Below are positions 37,287-50,587 of a stretch of DNA of 64,000 nucleotides, in pieces (within the stretch, counting starts at the first letter, position 1; each line of letters begins with the position of its first letter). The position numbers and the translations under genes are program-made. This stretch comes from Carcharhinus longimanus (Eukaryota): assembly GCA_030264375.1 (NCBI GenBank), contig JASCQW010000001.1:109839224-109903223 (forward strand). Direction: 5' to 3'. The notes under the pieces were generated by a model. It did no database searches, was not told the origin of the DNA, and was given only the letters and a program-made list of their open reading frames with translations.

Positions 37287-37632
37287 TTGGTCTCCTCCTT
37301 ATATCTCAGGGCACAGGTTGCTCCTCCTGGCCTCCACTGCATTGAGCAACACATCCTGGGAAGCATTCCTCAATTTGAGGGCCAGTGCTTCCTCGGGTCT
37401 TCAGGCCATTTCCTCCTTGAAAGCTGTGAATTAATGTCTGGGCTCCTTTTAAATATAGCACCCACATATGACTGTGGGATGCAGATCTTCCTAGACATTC
37501 CATCACACAATTAATCGGGAATACCCAGCTGCATAATGAGAAGAGAGTATTGTGCGTTTTGTCATGAATTCCATCCAGGCTTCTTGATGGAAAACATTCT
37601 CAGTTCCTGACCTCACCACAGGATTTAATCCA
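37287..37632 (-). mobile_element. Harbinger Myb/SANT 5' remnant
   Basis: Minus strand encodes DVLLNAVEARRSNLCP, matching helix 1 of the Myb/SANT remnants at 21.6 and 54.4 kb. Confidence 0.45.
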
Positions 37633-37885
37633 AAAAAACAAAAACAAAACACCAGGGAGACAGGCACTAGGGGCAATACAGAGAAAAGCTTCAAGATTAT
37701 TTTCTGAAGTCAATGGTCTGAACTTGTACAAGGTAAATTTAGAAATTTTGAATTTTGATGGTGGAGGTGGAGTTTTGGTGGGTTAAAAATAAATGATGTC
37801 TCTCTTACCTTAGCTATCTCTCCTCAGCTCTTTGCATCAGCGATTCTATCAGAATGTTTTAAATGCTTTCACTAATGAAATATAA

Positions 37886-38613
37886 AGGCGGCACAGTAGC
37901 ACAGTGGTTAGCACTGCTGCTTCACAGCTCCAGGGACCTGGGTTTGATTTCCTGCTTGGGTCATTGTCTGTGTGGAGTTTGCACATTCTCCTCGTGTCTG
38001 TGTGGGTTTGCTCCGGTTTCCTCCTACAGTCCAAACATGTGCGGGTTAGGTTGATTGGCCATGCTAAAATTGCTCTTAGTGTCCTGAGATGTGTAGGGGA
38101 GAGGGATTAGTGGGTAAATATGTAGGGATATGGGGGTAGGGCCTAGGTAGGATTGTAGTTGGTGCAGATTTGATGGGCCTCTTTCTGTACAAAGAACAAA
38201 GAACAACCCAGCACGGGAAACAGGCCCTTCGGCCCAACAAGCCCGCGCCGCCGCTTCACCCTACACCTATTCTACCCTGTGTATCTACAAATAGAACCCC
38301 TGACTTAGCCAGATTCAGGGGAGAATAGTGTCNNNNNNNNNNNNNNNNNNNNNNNNNNNNNNNNNNNNNNNNNNNNNNNNNNNNNNNNNNNNNNNNNNNN
38401 NNNNNNNNNNNNNNNNNNNNNNNNNNNNNNNNGTCATTTATGTAGACTACAAAGAGGAGAGGTCCCAGTACTGAGCCCTGCGGCACACCACTGGTCACTG
38501 GCCTCCAGCTGGACAAAGTCCCCTCCACAACTACCCTCTGTCTCCTATTACTCAGCCAGTTCTCAATCCACCTAGCTACCTGGCTTCTGTACTGTAGGGT
38601 TTCTATGATTTCT
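37886..38613 (+). mobile_element. HE1-type SINE interrupted near its tail by a CR1
   Basis: Head at 37886; the tail resumes at 38585 as ttctgtactgtagggtttctatgatt. Confidence 0.85.
38191..38584 (-). mobile_element. Young CR1 insertion with 8-bp TSD (middle lost in a gap)
   Basis: TTCTGTAC duplicated at 38183-38190 and 38585-38592; undisrupted RT segment [25 protein letters not shown]; CpG-retaining 3' end. Confidence 0.8.
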
Positions 38614-40197
38614 AAAGTTATGCAAATGGAAACAGTGAAGCTATATGCACATAGAATGCCTCCAATTCTGCCTTTTAGTCACCTTTGCCAATTCTTCTCT
38701 TGATTCCTGGTTTATGTCCAATCCCTTTCCCATTTGGCAGAGCGGCCTCAGGATATCTCACTACAGCTCATCTCTAATCATAATCAGCTCCTTTCTGAAG
38801 TATATATCAGCTGTCAGCTTCTGAATGCAGGAACCAGCAAGTTGCCAAATCAATGCACACAAATCAGAATAGTTGGATTAGTTTACTTTACAATAGAAAT
38901 ACATTGAAGCAAGAAGACAAAACAATTTGAATTGGGGCATCATAACTCAAATTTATTTATTTAGTGAATGCAAATCCCCAAAGCCAAATGACAATCTCCT
39001 CACCTGTTGAGTTTAAAGATATTAGTTCACTACTTAGTCTGTGGAGGTGGCTCTCCACGGTAATGTGCAGCATTGCTTGTGTCTCTCTACAAGTACATAA
39101 GTGGCTGTTAAAGAGGATCCAGCAGTGATCACTGCTGCACAAGGACCCTGGTCTGTCTTGAACTGTTTAAGCAATGACATCTATTATTTTGGCAGTTCTA
39201 AGCCTGCCATTAGACAATGGGCTTGTTACAAGGAACTATTTGGTGACTTTCTATGCTCCCCATTCCTGCCTCCAAAAGATACCTGTTAGTGGACTTTGCT
39301 CAGGAAGGTTGCTCCAAATGCTGAGATGGTGGGTCACTTTGTTAACCCCCACAAGGTCCATGGGAAATCACTGATTGATCTCTCTGTGTTACTCATTGAA
39401 CATGCATTCGCCTGGTAACAGGCAGTGGCCTGCTCAGCTGGAACTCACTACCAGAGCCTTTTATAAAGCAGACTCGGCCTGCTGAACTATAGTCCCAGGC
39501 AGGGACTAGTGAGAGTACACCAAGATAGTGACTCTTCTTTGCATTCTGTAAGAAATCATGTTCCTTTCCAGTCGGGCTTCCTGAATCATTACAGAGACAA
39601 TGGTGTGATAAGTAAGGAATAGCATGAATGGTTTCAACCAGCTTGTGGGTTGTCATTGGTGGGCAGGTGTGTGGGCAAGAGATGTTTGCAAGGGCAGGGA
39701 GCCAGAGGAGCGGTGTTGATTGGAGGGGTCCAATTATCCTAGCGTGTTTTTCAAAATTTCACATTCCAACAACTTCATTAGCTCATAAATTGAAAAAAGA
39801 AAAGTAAATAAAAGATATCTCCATACCATGAAAATCATGTATTTTATTAATGTGTAATATTTAATTATATTCAAATGATCAGAGGGCTAAAATATTAAAG
39901 ATAAACAATTCAAACTCTATCCTACTTTTTCTGTGACACTCTAAATAATTAATTGGAAAAACAAAATTCCTGACACTCAAGTATGTTAATATCAATGCTA
40001 GTATATGATGGAGGAATAATACAGTATTTCATCTCTTACCTACAGCAAGTTCCTTTTATATCTAGGACAGAAGAGATACAAACTCCTTCTATTTCCCTAC
40101 CCCAACTGTACGAGCTGTGTGCATTCATTCTGTTAATTAATACTGTTCATTAATACTGTTTTGGGGGTTGAGCCAATAATCATCTTTAATAAGGCAA

Positions 40198-40620
40198 TGT
40201 AATTACCGAAACCTGTGTCAAAGCTAAAAAGATATTCAGACACAATGCTCGCAAGAGATGGTTTATTTATTGCCTAATTATTGATAAGGAGAAGAGAGCT
40301 GAAGAATTCCTAATGCTTCTTTAGTCTGCCCTGCCCAATTGTGTACAATCAGCTTTCTTTATAGGGCACAGCTTCTAGTAAAGATAATTGTTTCTCGTCA
40401 TACATACCGGTAAACTAGTTACATATGATGCAAAGAGGTAGGCCTGAGACAATAATTGTTTAATCGCGTCCCATCGGTAATGTCATAATCTTTAATGGTA
40501 GATGGATGGAATGTCTGTTCAGACAATGGTCACTTAATCATGGCTTTTATTACAGTTTTGGTGCTGTTAGCAAGGACATTAAGCTGTGCCCTGTTGATAG
40601 ATATATTGAAATATCCCTTT
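40198..40620 (-). mobile_element. Possible solo LTR
   Basis: Minus strand has CCCTATAAAG followed about 90 bp later by AATAAATAAACC and ends ...TTACA; the other end is not defined. Confidence 0.3.
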
Positions 40621-40760
40621 GTCTGTGCTGACTATTTCATGTATATGCAGAGAATGCCAGTTTAAAGTGAAGGTGCTGCTAATTTTCCTGGCCCCCAGCC
40701 AATCCTCTGCTGAGCTCAGTTCTCCTCTCTCACACATGCACTTGATGATACATTGACAAA

Positions 40761-40896
40761 GGCTGGAATCTTACCACCATTCACGCTGGTGGGATTTTCC
40801 TATCGGGCCGCAGTGAACGGAGATATGGCTGGCCGTCAAATTCTCCGACTTCGCTGCAGCAAGAGTGTAGCATGAAAGGCTGTTACGATCACGCCC
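40761..40896. mobile_element. MITE
   Basis: Termini ggctggaatcttac / gttacgatcacgccc. Confidence 0.5.
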
Positions 40897-40939
40897 AAAG
40901 TGCTTCAGGAGTCTAATAATCTTTTTCACAAGTGATGTC

Positions 40940-41345
40940 TCCAGTGGCTTGGTCAACTGTACTGGGTGATTGCTTAGGGTATTTCAAAGGATCTTTTGTA
41001 TGGAGAACTTGCAGATGCTTCAACACTGCTGGGTTAATTAATGCAAGAGAGATTTAAAGACGTATAACATTGAAATTTCTAGCTGTACAACACCAAAGGC
41101 CAATGTTCCATCAAGAAGCAAAGAGCTGAAAAGAGGTATCTGAGAACGAGGAAGAAAAAGAGAGCACACAAGGCTTCAAGAATTAATCTGTGGTCTATGA
41201 ACTGGCCCTCTGATATACCTGCATTATCTATGATGAGGATTTTCATTTTAAAATTGCACACTTCATCCACTCTCGATGTCACAGCAAAGAATGAACTTCC
41301 TTGGCACTACAATATCACCTTTCGAGATGGATGGTTTCCACCAAT
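40940..41345 (+). mobile_element. Ancient RTE (BovB-like) LINE 3' remnant
   Basis: WLG followed by KDLLYGELA (aaggatcttttgtatggagaacttgca), a characteristic RTE C-terminal motif. Confidence 0.5.
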
Positions 41346-41584
41346 CAAAAGAAAAAGCAATCTGCAAGAGGTAACATCAGGATAAACAAAAAGATTGCAA
41401 GTTGAAATGCCATTACTGAATCTTTTTGGAACCCCAAATCCAGATTGTGTTACTGTTTATTTATTTGCCTTACGTAGGTTCTATTTCAGCTTCCAGCTAT
41501 ATTTACCTTGTTTAATAATGTTTCGCCTGAGATTGGAAAGCAATTCACAGCATAACTGTCACAGAACAGTCTGATTCCCTGTTA

Positions 41585-41782
41585 AGATAAAAGATAAAGT
41601 TGCCGTAGTCCCAAATGATCATAGTTTCAAGATGATTTAACCTGAGGATTACCACACCTCAGGCAAGGGGGAAGTTTGAGAAGATGGGACCTTCATAAAT
41701 AACCTCAGCTGGTACAGGAATCAAACATGTGCAGTTGGCATCGCTCTGCATCACTAACCAGCCATCTGAGCGAAACCAACTC
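41585..41782 (-). mobile_element. Third SINE family copy
   Basis: Collinear with 25072-25312. Confidence 0.72.
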
Positions 41783-42649
41783 TGCGGTAATTGCAAGACT
41801 GATTGTAGGTGAAAAAGAGTCCAGATGACTTGCAAGGGCCAGATTGAAGGCTGCAGGTTTTAGGTTCTGTTCCAAGAAACCTGTTAATTTAGGTAAGGAT
41901 AAAAGAAGGTTATTGCAGCATTCATCCAACCACTCATATATAAATGAAATAATAGTTTTTGATCATGTAGTTTCTGCATACATTGTGGCATGCATATATA
42001 TTCTATGTGCTACACCACACATCTTTCTATGCTTCATAAATTCAAATCACGAATAACCCAAGATAAGGTCTGCTAGCTTGAGGAACAATCTATTAGAATC
42101 ATTAGGTAACTGTTTCACTTCCTTATATTTGATCAAAATCACCAGGAGTGACAAAGACACGTTACAAACAAAATGAGCATCCTTACACAACACAACAAAT
42201 TGAAATTTTCTTTTGATATGACAGAGAATGTCTATATGCAAGAAATGTGAGGAGATTATTCGAGTGGGTTGGATTGCAAACTCCTTTAAACATGGAGTTG
42301 AGGTTATTTTTCAATGTAAAATACATCAAGAAGGCTGTATTTTTAAACTGGAATGATCAGATTTCACCTCCAACCAGCAAGGTTTTGACAGGCCTGACAA
42401 CATAATGCCAAAAACTATTTGTGTTCAGCAGTTTCCTCTCATTACTGTTTTGTGTCTGTTTCCAGTGCTTGAAAAATACTCAATTTACCTGACAGTGCTG
42501 TGGTTGATAGTAGTTCCAATTTCAGCATCAATATTGTGATATAAAGGAGACTCTAGCCATTTCCGCATGCACCAAGACCAATCTAACAGGAAGCATAATG
42601 TCATTATGCAGCATTATGTATGTTGCAGTGACAATGGGAAAGAATATGG

Positions 42650-43560
42650 GGATGATCTTACCTTTTCGTCCTATCAGTTGAAGAGCAGGGCGAGCTGGGA
42701 AGTTTGAAAGAGAAGCAAAAAATTGCCTTGGCGCTTAATTTCTCACCTCTCGTAATCTTTCCAGGTGTGCATTTCCAGCAAGATCAGCCTCACGCCTGGG
42801 GAAAATGCGAGGCTGATCTCAATATTTAAATCAATTCAAATGTTGATTTAACTATTATTAGTGAGCCTGGGACACAATTGCCCGAGCACAATTGCCTTAG
42901 AGGCCTCGCTAGTAAAGGTCCTCTCCGGCAAGGAACACTGTGGTCCCCATCAATGGGGACATGTCGTGATGACCTTGCCAGTCGGACTGGGGGCCAATGA
43001 AATCCTCTGGAAGGTCAGGGGTGAGGACAGTGCCCCTTGGGCAGTGCCAGTTTTGCACTGCTAGCCTGACACTCTAGCACTGCCCACAAGACACCTTGGC
43101 ATTGCCAGCCTGGATGCACTGGCAGTGCCCACTGGCACTGGGCAATGACAAGAGGTGGAGTCTGCGAGGGAAGGGCCTAAGGAGAGGGGCAAATCCTGGA
43201 TGGGCAGGACCAAATAGAAAGTGGGCAGGGAAATGCCATGCAATCTGTAACAGGGATTGACTGTGGGGAAAGCTGCAGACTCTGTAGCTGCGATCAAAGA
43301 AGGGTGAATGCTGTGGATTCTGCAAATCGTGATCAACCAGGACAGTGTGGGAATGGGGTTCAATTGCTACAACTTGCACAAAGCTCGTGTCAGAATTAGC
43401 TAAATCAGCCAGGAATCACAATCCCTGATGCCTATCCAGGCATTTCTACCGGAAGTGCATGCTCTGCTATAAGTGTTCTTCCCAGCAGTGGATGTTTATG
43501 GGATCCTGGAACCTGTAACGTTCTGCCAATTGTTACTTTGCCAGCATTTCATTAAAGCAA
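42650..43560. mobile_element. Non-autonomous DNA-transposon-like element
   Basis: GC-rich ggcagtgcc/ggcactg interior related to 30480-30540, 31440-31600 and 61300-61600. Confidence 0.45.
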
Positions 43561-43569
43561 TCTAAGCCT

Positions 43570-43885
43570 AATCTGAAAATAAAATAGAAAATGATGGATA
43601 AACTCAGTAAATCTGGCATCATCTGTGGAGCAAGAAACAGTTAGTCGTGGGATTTTCCTCCCCTTCCATATCGTGTTTTATGGCAATGGGATTTTATAGT
43701 CCCCTGTTGTCAACAGGGTTTCCCTTTGAGTGCACCCCTCACTACCAGGGAACCCGCAGGAAGGGTACACCATCGATGAGGCCATAAAATCCCACCAGCA
43801 TGAAAGGCAGCAAGGTTTTAGTGAATAGTTTGAGCCCAGAACGTGTTTTTATTTCCGATTTCCAACATCTACAGTATTTTAATTT
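43570..43885. mobile_element. Penelope-like palindromic element interrupted by a MITE (about 43645-43820)
   Basis: aaaatgatggataaactcagtaaatctggcatcatctgtggag ... tccaacatctacagtatttt; the MITE has tgggattttat / ataaaatccca inverted arms. Confidence 0.5.
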
Positions 43886-44201
43886 TGCAAAAAATTAATC
43901 TGAATGCCCATGTATGGCTCTGTACCTTCCTCTATTTCAAACATTTATTTATTTCAAACATTTATTTATTTCCCCTTGACAAACTGCATTGGAATTTGTC
44001 TGAACTGTGGTCTGCAGCAAGGCATTTGATACAACAAAATCCATCCATATGAAAACATTTCTGTCAGCTTCTCCTCGCTCTCTTAATAAACTCTAAATTG
44101 TTTCTGCTTTATCGCTGATTTCCCAATGTTACAAATCTCACTGATGTACTATGCAAGAGTGTCCCAACTTGTTTGTAGTCGTGTATTTTTATTTGGTTTA
44201 A

Positions 44202-45019
44202 TGTGAGGAGCAACATACAACCCAGAGGAAACAGTCCAGTCTGTGTGTCGACAAGAGTATTTATTAAAGTAAAAATAAAGAAGAAAAATACACTACAATA
44301 TAGACTATAATACACTATGACACTTAAGTATATGNNNNNNNNNNNNNNNNNNNNNNNNNNNNNNNNNNNNNNNNNNNNNNNNNNNNNNNNNNNNNNNNNN
44401 NNNNNNNNNNNNNNNNNNNNNNNNNNNNNNNNNNNNNNNNNNNNNNNNNNNNNNNNNNNNNNNNNNNNNNNNNNNNNNNNNNNNNNNNNNNNNNNNNNNN
44501 NNNNNNNNNNNNNNNNNNNNNNNNNNNNNNNNNNNNNNNNNNNNNNNNNCCTCTTTGAAGATTTTAGTCTCTCGGGCTGTTGGATGTAAAAGCCTCTCGA
44601 GCTGTTAGATGGATACTAGCCTGTTGCACTACTGGATCTAACTAGCTTCTCAGGCTATCAGATGTAAACTAGCTTCCCTTCCTCTGAGGGTGCTGGCAAT
44701 TATACCATTTACCATCTTTGATATTTCATTTTGTGGATTTGGCTTTTTGCATCTCTCAAACTCCTTGACTCTAGAAATTAGCATGTGTATACCTCTACTA
44801 ACCTCAGTCATCTAGGTAAGTTGTTTCTACCATGAAGGCAATTTACACCTAATTCTGTCTAGATGTCTGCTAATCTTGTTACTGGCTAAATTGTATCCTA
44901 TCATGTCTTTTTAAAATTATTGTTACTGTTGTTGCTAGGCAGATCCCTGACACCAGTCAGAGAAATATTTTACCTTCTATGGAGACTATCAAAATCCTTT
45001 GCATTCTAAAAACTTCACA
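44202..45019 (-). mobile_element. Possible solo LTR (contains a gap)
   Basis: TGTGAG...TTCACA termini; tttatt (minus-strand AATAAA) near 44260. Confidence 0.3.
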
Positions 45020-46359
45020 ATGAAATCTTCTCTCAGCTTTCTCTTCAATGGATTTTTTTCCCTCTCCATAATTATAGTTACCCATCTCTGGCTATTGTAT
45101 CATCCTGGTGATTCTATGTTAGATGCGCTACATGGCTTTGAAGTCCTTTATGTTATGAACACTCATAATATAACTGTGACCTAGACAATGTTTGACCTTG
45201 ATGACCTCTATAGTTAAATGGTTTGCTGAAATTCAAAGATTAGTCTCTCCCATGAATAATTGGTAAGGTGGCCAAGTTCAGGAGGAGAACAACAGGGACT
45301 CATGCAACAGTGAACACTTCCAGGAGAAAAGAAAATTTACACATGATAATTTTCATGCTCTTTTGAGAGCTTTCCAAATTGTTTAGGTCATGTAAGTATG
45401 ACAGATTGGATATTGCAAGCAATTTAGGGCACATTCCAAAATCACTGTTCCGCCGCTATATATACGTAATTTTTAAGATACCAGCTTCATTGTCATATTA
45501 TAAGCAGTCAAGCTTGTTCCATTGTTTACTATTGTTAGATCATAAAAATAATTATATGTGCATGAAATAGCTCACAGTCTGCAGAAGGGAAGCACAGGAC
45601 ACATTAAAGTCTTGCTGGAAAGAATTTCTTCTGGCTCTGTCATCTTACAGTTGAATGGTTTCATAATTGTACATTATGGATAAAAGTTGCTTTCAGTAGT
45701 GGCCAAATAATGTCATGGGCTACTTGTCTCTGGCAGAGAAAGTGAGAGCTCATCAGTCAGTCAGAGCATGCAAATTGCAATTCTGAAAGAAAAGTCAATT
45801 CATTCTGTAAGCATGTGTTTTTAAATATTGGGGATCTATAATTTTAACAGCATCCTTTTATATTCCCTGCAATTTACAATTTCATGTGAAGTGTATCGTG
45901 ATAAATGCATGGGTCAGTCCAAGTAGTTTGATTTACTCATACTATATTACACAGCACATCTGTTTATATCAACTAAAACATGTGTTTTGTGTCCACCACT
46001 GTGTATTTCTTGCTTGTGTTGTTCCTGATCTTCCTTTTAGTCATTAGTTTTATATATGAATGGGACACCCTCTCTCCACCAAAACTTGTTAACTGCATAG
46101 AATATTTTCAGGGTTGGGCGTAGCTTAGAATGCATTCCTCTTGGCAAAATTACTTGGGCTGGGCACAGATTAGAACTGTAATCTTAGTGGGTTGAATGCA
46201 TGTCGATACAATGTTACACACCTTGGCAATTTGTCTCTTATAACTAGTAGCAAAAGGTCACAGTGAGTGATCACTGCCTGGAGCGTAACTGAAAATTCTT
46301 GTTTGTAAAATAATAAAACTGTCATCTTAATTATTGGCAGTATAGAATGCAGGAGCAGC

Positions 46360-46660
46360 AACTTGTTTTATTTAGTACTGCTTACAGGAAGAAAAGATTT
46401 TCATGACCTCTGAATCTCCCAAAGTGCTTCAGAGTCAGTGAAATACTTTATTTCAAAGTGTTGTTATTATTGCATTGAAAAAAAGGCAACAGCCAAAGTC
46501 CCACAAGTCGAAGTGAGATAAATGACCAGATAATCTCTTCTAGTTTTAAATTAACCAGCATACTGGAAAGAAATATTGTAAAATCTTTAATGTCCATTTG
46601 AGATGGTTAACCTGTCCTTGGTTTAATCTCATCCATGAAATAGCACCTCTACCAATGGGG
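46360..46660 (-). mobile_element. Old DeuSINE
   Basis: tttcatgacctctgaatctcccaaagtgcttcagagtcagtgaaatact...aatgaccagataatct...cttggtttaatctcatcc. Confidence 0.55.
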
Positions 46661-47146
46661 CTAGTTAAATAAGCTTGTGGTGCAGAATACTGCCATCATC
46701 ACTAGTTCAATCCCTGCATTTCTTGTGGCCTACCACTTGGCCTTTCCGATAGTGACCTTTGTGGACTACAGCAGAGGACAAAAGTAGAGAAACACCCTGC
46801 ATCGGTCATCCAGTGCAGCTGCCAAATTTCCCAATCATCTAGGATCTGCCTTGTCTCTGGGATCATATGAAAGTAGGTGAGAGAGTGGAGACAGCAACAT
46901 GGACCTTTCTCCACTATAATCAAATTCCCTAACGTAGGCTTAATTGTAAAAAAGTGTGACCTTTGAAATCACTTACACCTTGGATATCCTCAAACAAGAA
47001 TAAGTCTGCTACATAACTACTGCTTCTAATGATGCGGTGTTCCCGCAATACTATATGCTAGTGTCAGTCTGGGCTTTGTGTTCAAATTTCTCCCGTAGGA
47101 CTTGAACTCACCTTCTGATTCAAGAGAGTGCTGACACTGAGCCGAA

Positions 47147-48382
47147 GTTAATGCCTCAGTAGGCAGAAAGAGAGGCTGGAGTGCTTTCCTATAGGAGAAA
47201 TGGATGAACACGTGACTTGGGAAAAGGGTGGCTGAGATGGCATCTGAAGTTACTGTGCTCAAGGAAGATTGAATGAGAGATTTTGAAAGCAGGGAAGAGT
47301 GTGGCATGAGAGAGAGGAGTGATTTCAGCATGCCGAGGCAGGAATATATCCCGTAACTAAATGAATGGCCACTAATGGTAAAGAAGGGAGAAGCTCAATA
47401 TTAGTGTTGAATATATGTGCAAGCGGATAAGGCAGGATGAGGTCATGTAGAATGGAGCAAGGCCATGTAATAACTTGAAAACAAAGACCAGAATTTTGAA
47501 CTCCACAAAATGAATGGGCTGGGTTTGCTAGTGACATTTGGAGATGAAAGGGTGATGTACTTTAATGTAATGGAGATTTAATTTCCGGCTCTCCACTTTC
47601 CAAATGTAATAAGGTTTTTTTTATTCATTCATGGGACATGGGTGTTACTGGCTGGCCAGCATTTATTGTCCATCCCCAGTTGTCTTTGGAGAGCAGTTGA
47701 GAGTTAACCACAGTGCTGTGGTTCTGGAGTCACGTGTAGGCCAGACCAGTTAAGGATGGCAAATTTCCCTCCCTAAAGGACAGACATGAACCAGAAGGGT
47801 TTTTTCCGTCAATGGTTTCATAGTCAGCAGTAGATTCTTAATTCCAGGTATTTTTATTGAATTCAAATTCCACCATCTGCCATGGTGGGATTCAAACTCA
47901 CATACCCAGGTGGTGACGGAAGGATGGTTTTTTACTAAACTGTAACAGAACAATTGCCAAAAATATAATTCTATTTGTTCACTAGGCCATTACCACAGAG
48001 TATTTTTGAAAATACAGATCAGTTGCCCCAGACACGTATTTGCAACTCCCTGCAATTATCAGTCATGACAACATACCCTGTGAGCGGCAGNNNNNNNNNN
48101 NNNNNNNNNNNNNNNNNNNNNNNNNNNNNNNNNNNNNNNNNNNNNNNNNNNNNNNNNNNNNNNNNNNNNNNNNNNNNNNNNNNNNNNNNNTGCCCCAGAC
48201 ACGTATTTGCAACTCCCTGCAATTATCAGTCATGACAACATACCCTGTGAGCGGCAGTACCTGAGTCTCTGTCCAATATATTCAGATGTCATCTCAGCCA
48301 CCCTTTTCCCAAGTCAGGTGTTCATCCATTTCTCCTATAGCAAAACACTCCTGCCTCTCTTCCTGCCTACTGAGGTATTAGC
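47147..48382. repeat. About 102-bp inverted repeat (47147-47248 vs 48281-48382)
   Basis: Manual alignment gives 8 mismatches in 102 bp with no indels. Confidence 0.9.
47615..47912 (-). mobile_element. Second SINE family copy
   Basis: Reverse complement of the family consensus. Confidence 0.8.
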
Positions 48383-49038
48383 TTTGGTTGAGATATCAGA
48401 TCATACATCTGTTTTTTTTAGTATTTGGCTTGGAAGGAATGTGAACAAAACTTGAAAAGCATTTCTCTGCAGGTGGGCAATGTGGTGGGTGAACAAAGTG
48501 GTACCATGATTGTAAATCAGTCTTGACTTCAGGCAAAGGTGTGAGAGCTGCCTTCAGACCAGAGAACTATGGAAATGAAGATGACACCTACTAGACTGGC
48601 TGTTTTCTCTTCAGATCTTTTATCACTGAAGCTCCGTGCACGAAAACTGATGTGTACATTGCTAAAAGGTGATGTACATCTATTCCCCTCTGTGCCTATT
48701 GTTTTAAATTGTAAGGAAGTCACAATAGAATAAAAATCTGGCTCCAAAATGCTGTTGAGACTAGGTCGAATAAAATTGGTGAACTGAGATTTTTTTGTTA
48801 AATAAGGGAATATTAAGGGTTTAAAGGGAAAGGCAGGCAAACTGAGTCAAGATTCAGAATAGTTGCGTTTTAAATGAGTGGTGGAACAGGTTTGACGGGC
48901 TGAATGGCTTTGCCCCCACCCCACTAGTGTTCCTCGATGCTTCAATTGCCCCAGACACGTATTTGCAACTCCCTGCAATTATCAGTCATGACAACATACC
49001 CCGTGAGCGGCAGTACCTGAGTCTCTGTCCAATATATT
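48023..49038 (+). repeat. About 92-bp direct repeat in three copies (48023-48090, 48191-48282, 48946-49038)
   Basis: ttgccccagacacgtatttgcaactccctgcaattatcagtcatgacaacataccc(t/c)gtgagcggcagtacctgagtctctgtccaatatatt; copies 1 and 2 flank a 100-N gap. Confidence 0.9.
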
Positions 49039-50258
49039 TTTATAAAACTTAGATTACATTGTGAATGAAGTGTGGAGGGGTTAGAATTCTGCATTTGCTG
49101 ACTCACAGATTCATTCTTTGCCTCATCTTCAGACAAAGCTGCTACTGAATTTCACCAAAACAGTTAAACTTCAAAGTATCTTGTACGGGAAACTGGAGGA
49201 GAAGAATTTCCATTTGGGGAGAACACTAAGAGCAGGACGTTGCCCAGAGTTGCTTCGTTAGTTTATGCGGCTTAAAGGACTTTATCAGAGTGACGTTTTG
49301 TACTGTTGCTGATTGCTGACCCTTCGGTAACCAGTCTCAGATCATGATTTGTAATATTGTAGCAAAGGCGACCTTAGACAGCTCAGTCAAGCAGTCCAGC
49401 AGGCGGAGAGAGGCCAGTCAGCTTTGCTTAATGTGTGTGCACTTGATTCAATAGTGAGGTGCTGAAGGGCAGAGGGAGGGGAGAAAGCGCTTTGAACAGT
49501 GCCAACAAAGAGGGCTTGAAAGAAACAGATCGGGGCTTTTGTCCGTTTGTAAATTACATTGTTTTATGAGACTTGTAAAATGTTAACAGCTCCCAACATG
49601 GTGCAGTTGTAAGTGAGCCTGGAGTGCACGGTCTCTCTCTCTCTCTGTGACACGATTAAACCCTGGGACTTGCCGTTTGTTTCTGCAGCGGATATTTAAA
49701 TATCTTCTAACATCAAGTCCATCGCTGCATCAACATTATTGTGAGAACTGCTGCTGCAGACAACCACTTACAGTAGCAACATTTCCCCCCAAATCGGAAT
49801 TTGTTGCGACTTTCCCTGTATTTCCAAAGCCGGTTTGGTTTTTTTTTGCGTGGTTTTTGGTCAGGAGCGCGGCTAGTTTTGATTGAAATCGCAAGTATCT
49901 CGTAAAATTAAACAAAGAAAGACAACAACAATAACCAAGCTAGTGCTCAGTCCTTGGTGTTATTAACAATCCATTTATGGTAGGTTATAGCACCCCCCTC
50001 CAACACAAAACCATCTCACAACTGAGCCCTTTCTTTCCCTTTGAGGGTGGAAATCTGAGTGAAACAAAACTTGTCTAACTCACCCTCTCCCACAATGATT
50101 GCCATTCCCTTTCCCCATGTCCTTGCCGGAGCTTGTCCCCTCTGGTCAGAGGACACCAGTCACTGCCCCAGTGTTAAATGTTGACACATAAGAACATCAG
50201 TTTAGTCCTTGTCTGGTTTTGTCCAGTGGTGATATTTCTGCTGCTGCCCCCACTACCT

Positions 50259-50310
50259 CTGTCTGTCTGTCTCTCTCACACACACACATATATAATATAT
50301 ATATATATAT
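50259..50310. repeat. Compound microsatellite (TGTC)n(TC)n(CA)n(TA)n
   Basis: Seen directly in the sequence. Confidence 0.9.
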
Positions 50311-50587
50311 AACGGTGTTTAATCGCCAGTGGATGTGAGATTCGTTCCCCAGACAGAAAGCCCGCCTTCCCCGATCTCTCTCTGTCTCTCTCCCCCGCNN
50401 NNNNNNNNNNNNNNNNNNNNNNNNNNNNNNNNNNNNNNNNNNNNNNNNNNNNNNNNNNNNNNNNNNNNNNNNNNNNNNNNNNNNNNNNNNNNNNNNNNGC
50501 ATTTCAAAATGGCGATAACCACCCCCCACCGCCCCCCCCCCCCCCCACACACACACACAGTTTCACTGCCGGGATGGATGTTGCCAA
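50310..50587 (+). promoter_or_regulatory. PRSS12: Probable PRSS12 promoter/5'UTR, CpG-enriched (partly in a gap)
   Basis: CpG enrichment from about 50310 to 51000, YY1-like CAAAATGGCG at 50505-50514, a poly-C/(CA)n tract, and an N gap at 50399-50498. Confidence 0.5.

Noticed and set aside
39000-39700. Possible further Harbinger nuclease remnant on the minus strand
   Set aside because: Similarity too faint to support by eye; needs a profile search.
48023-48282. Repeat-spacer-repeat pattern suggestive of a CRISPR-like array
   Set aside because: Vertebrate DNA, repeat unit too long, the 'spacer' is an N gap, and there are no cas genes.
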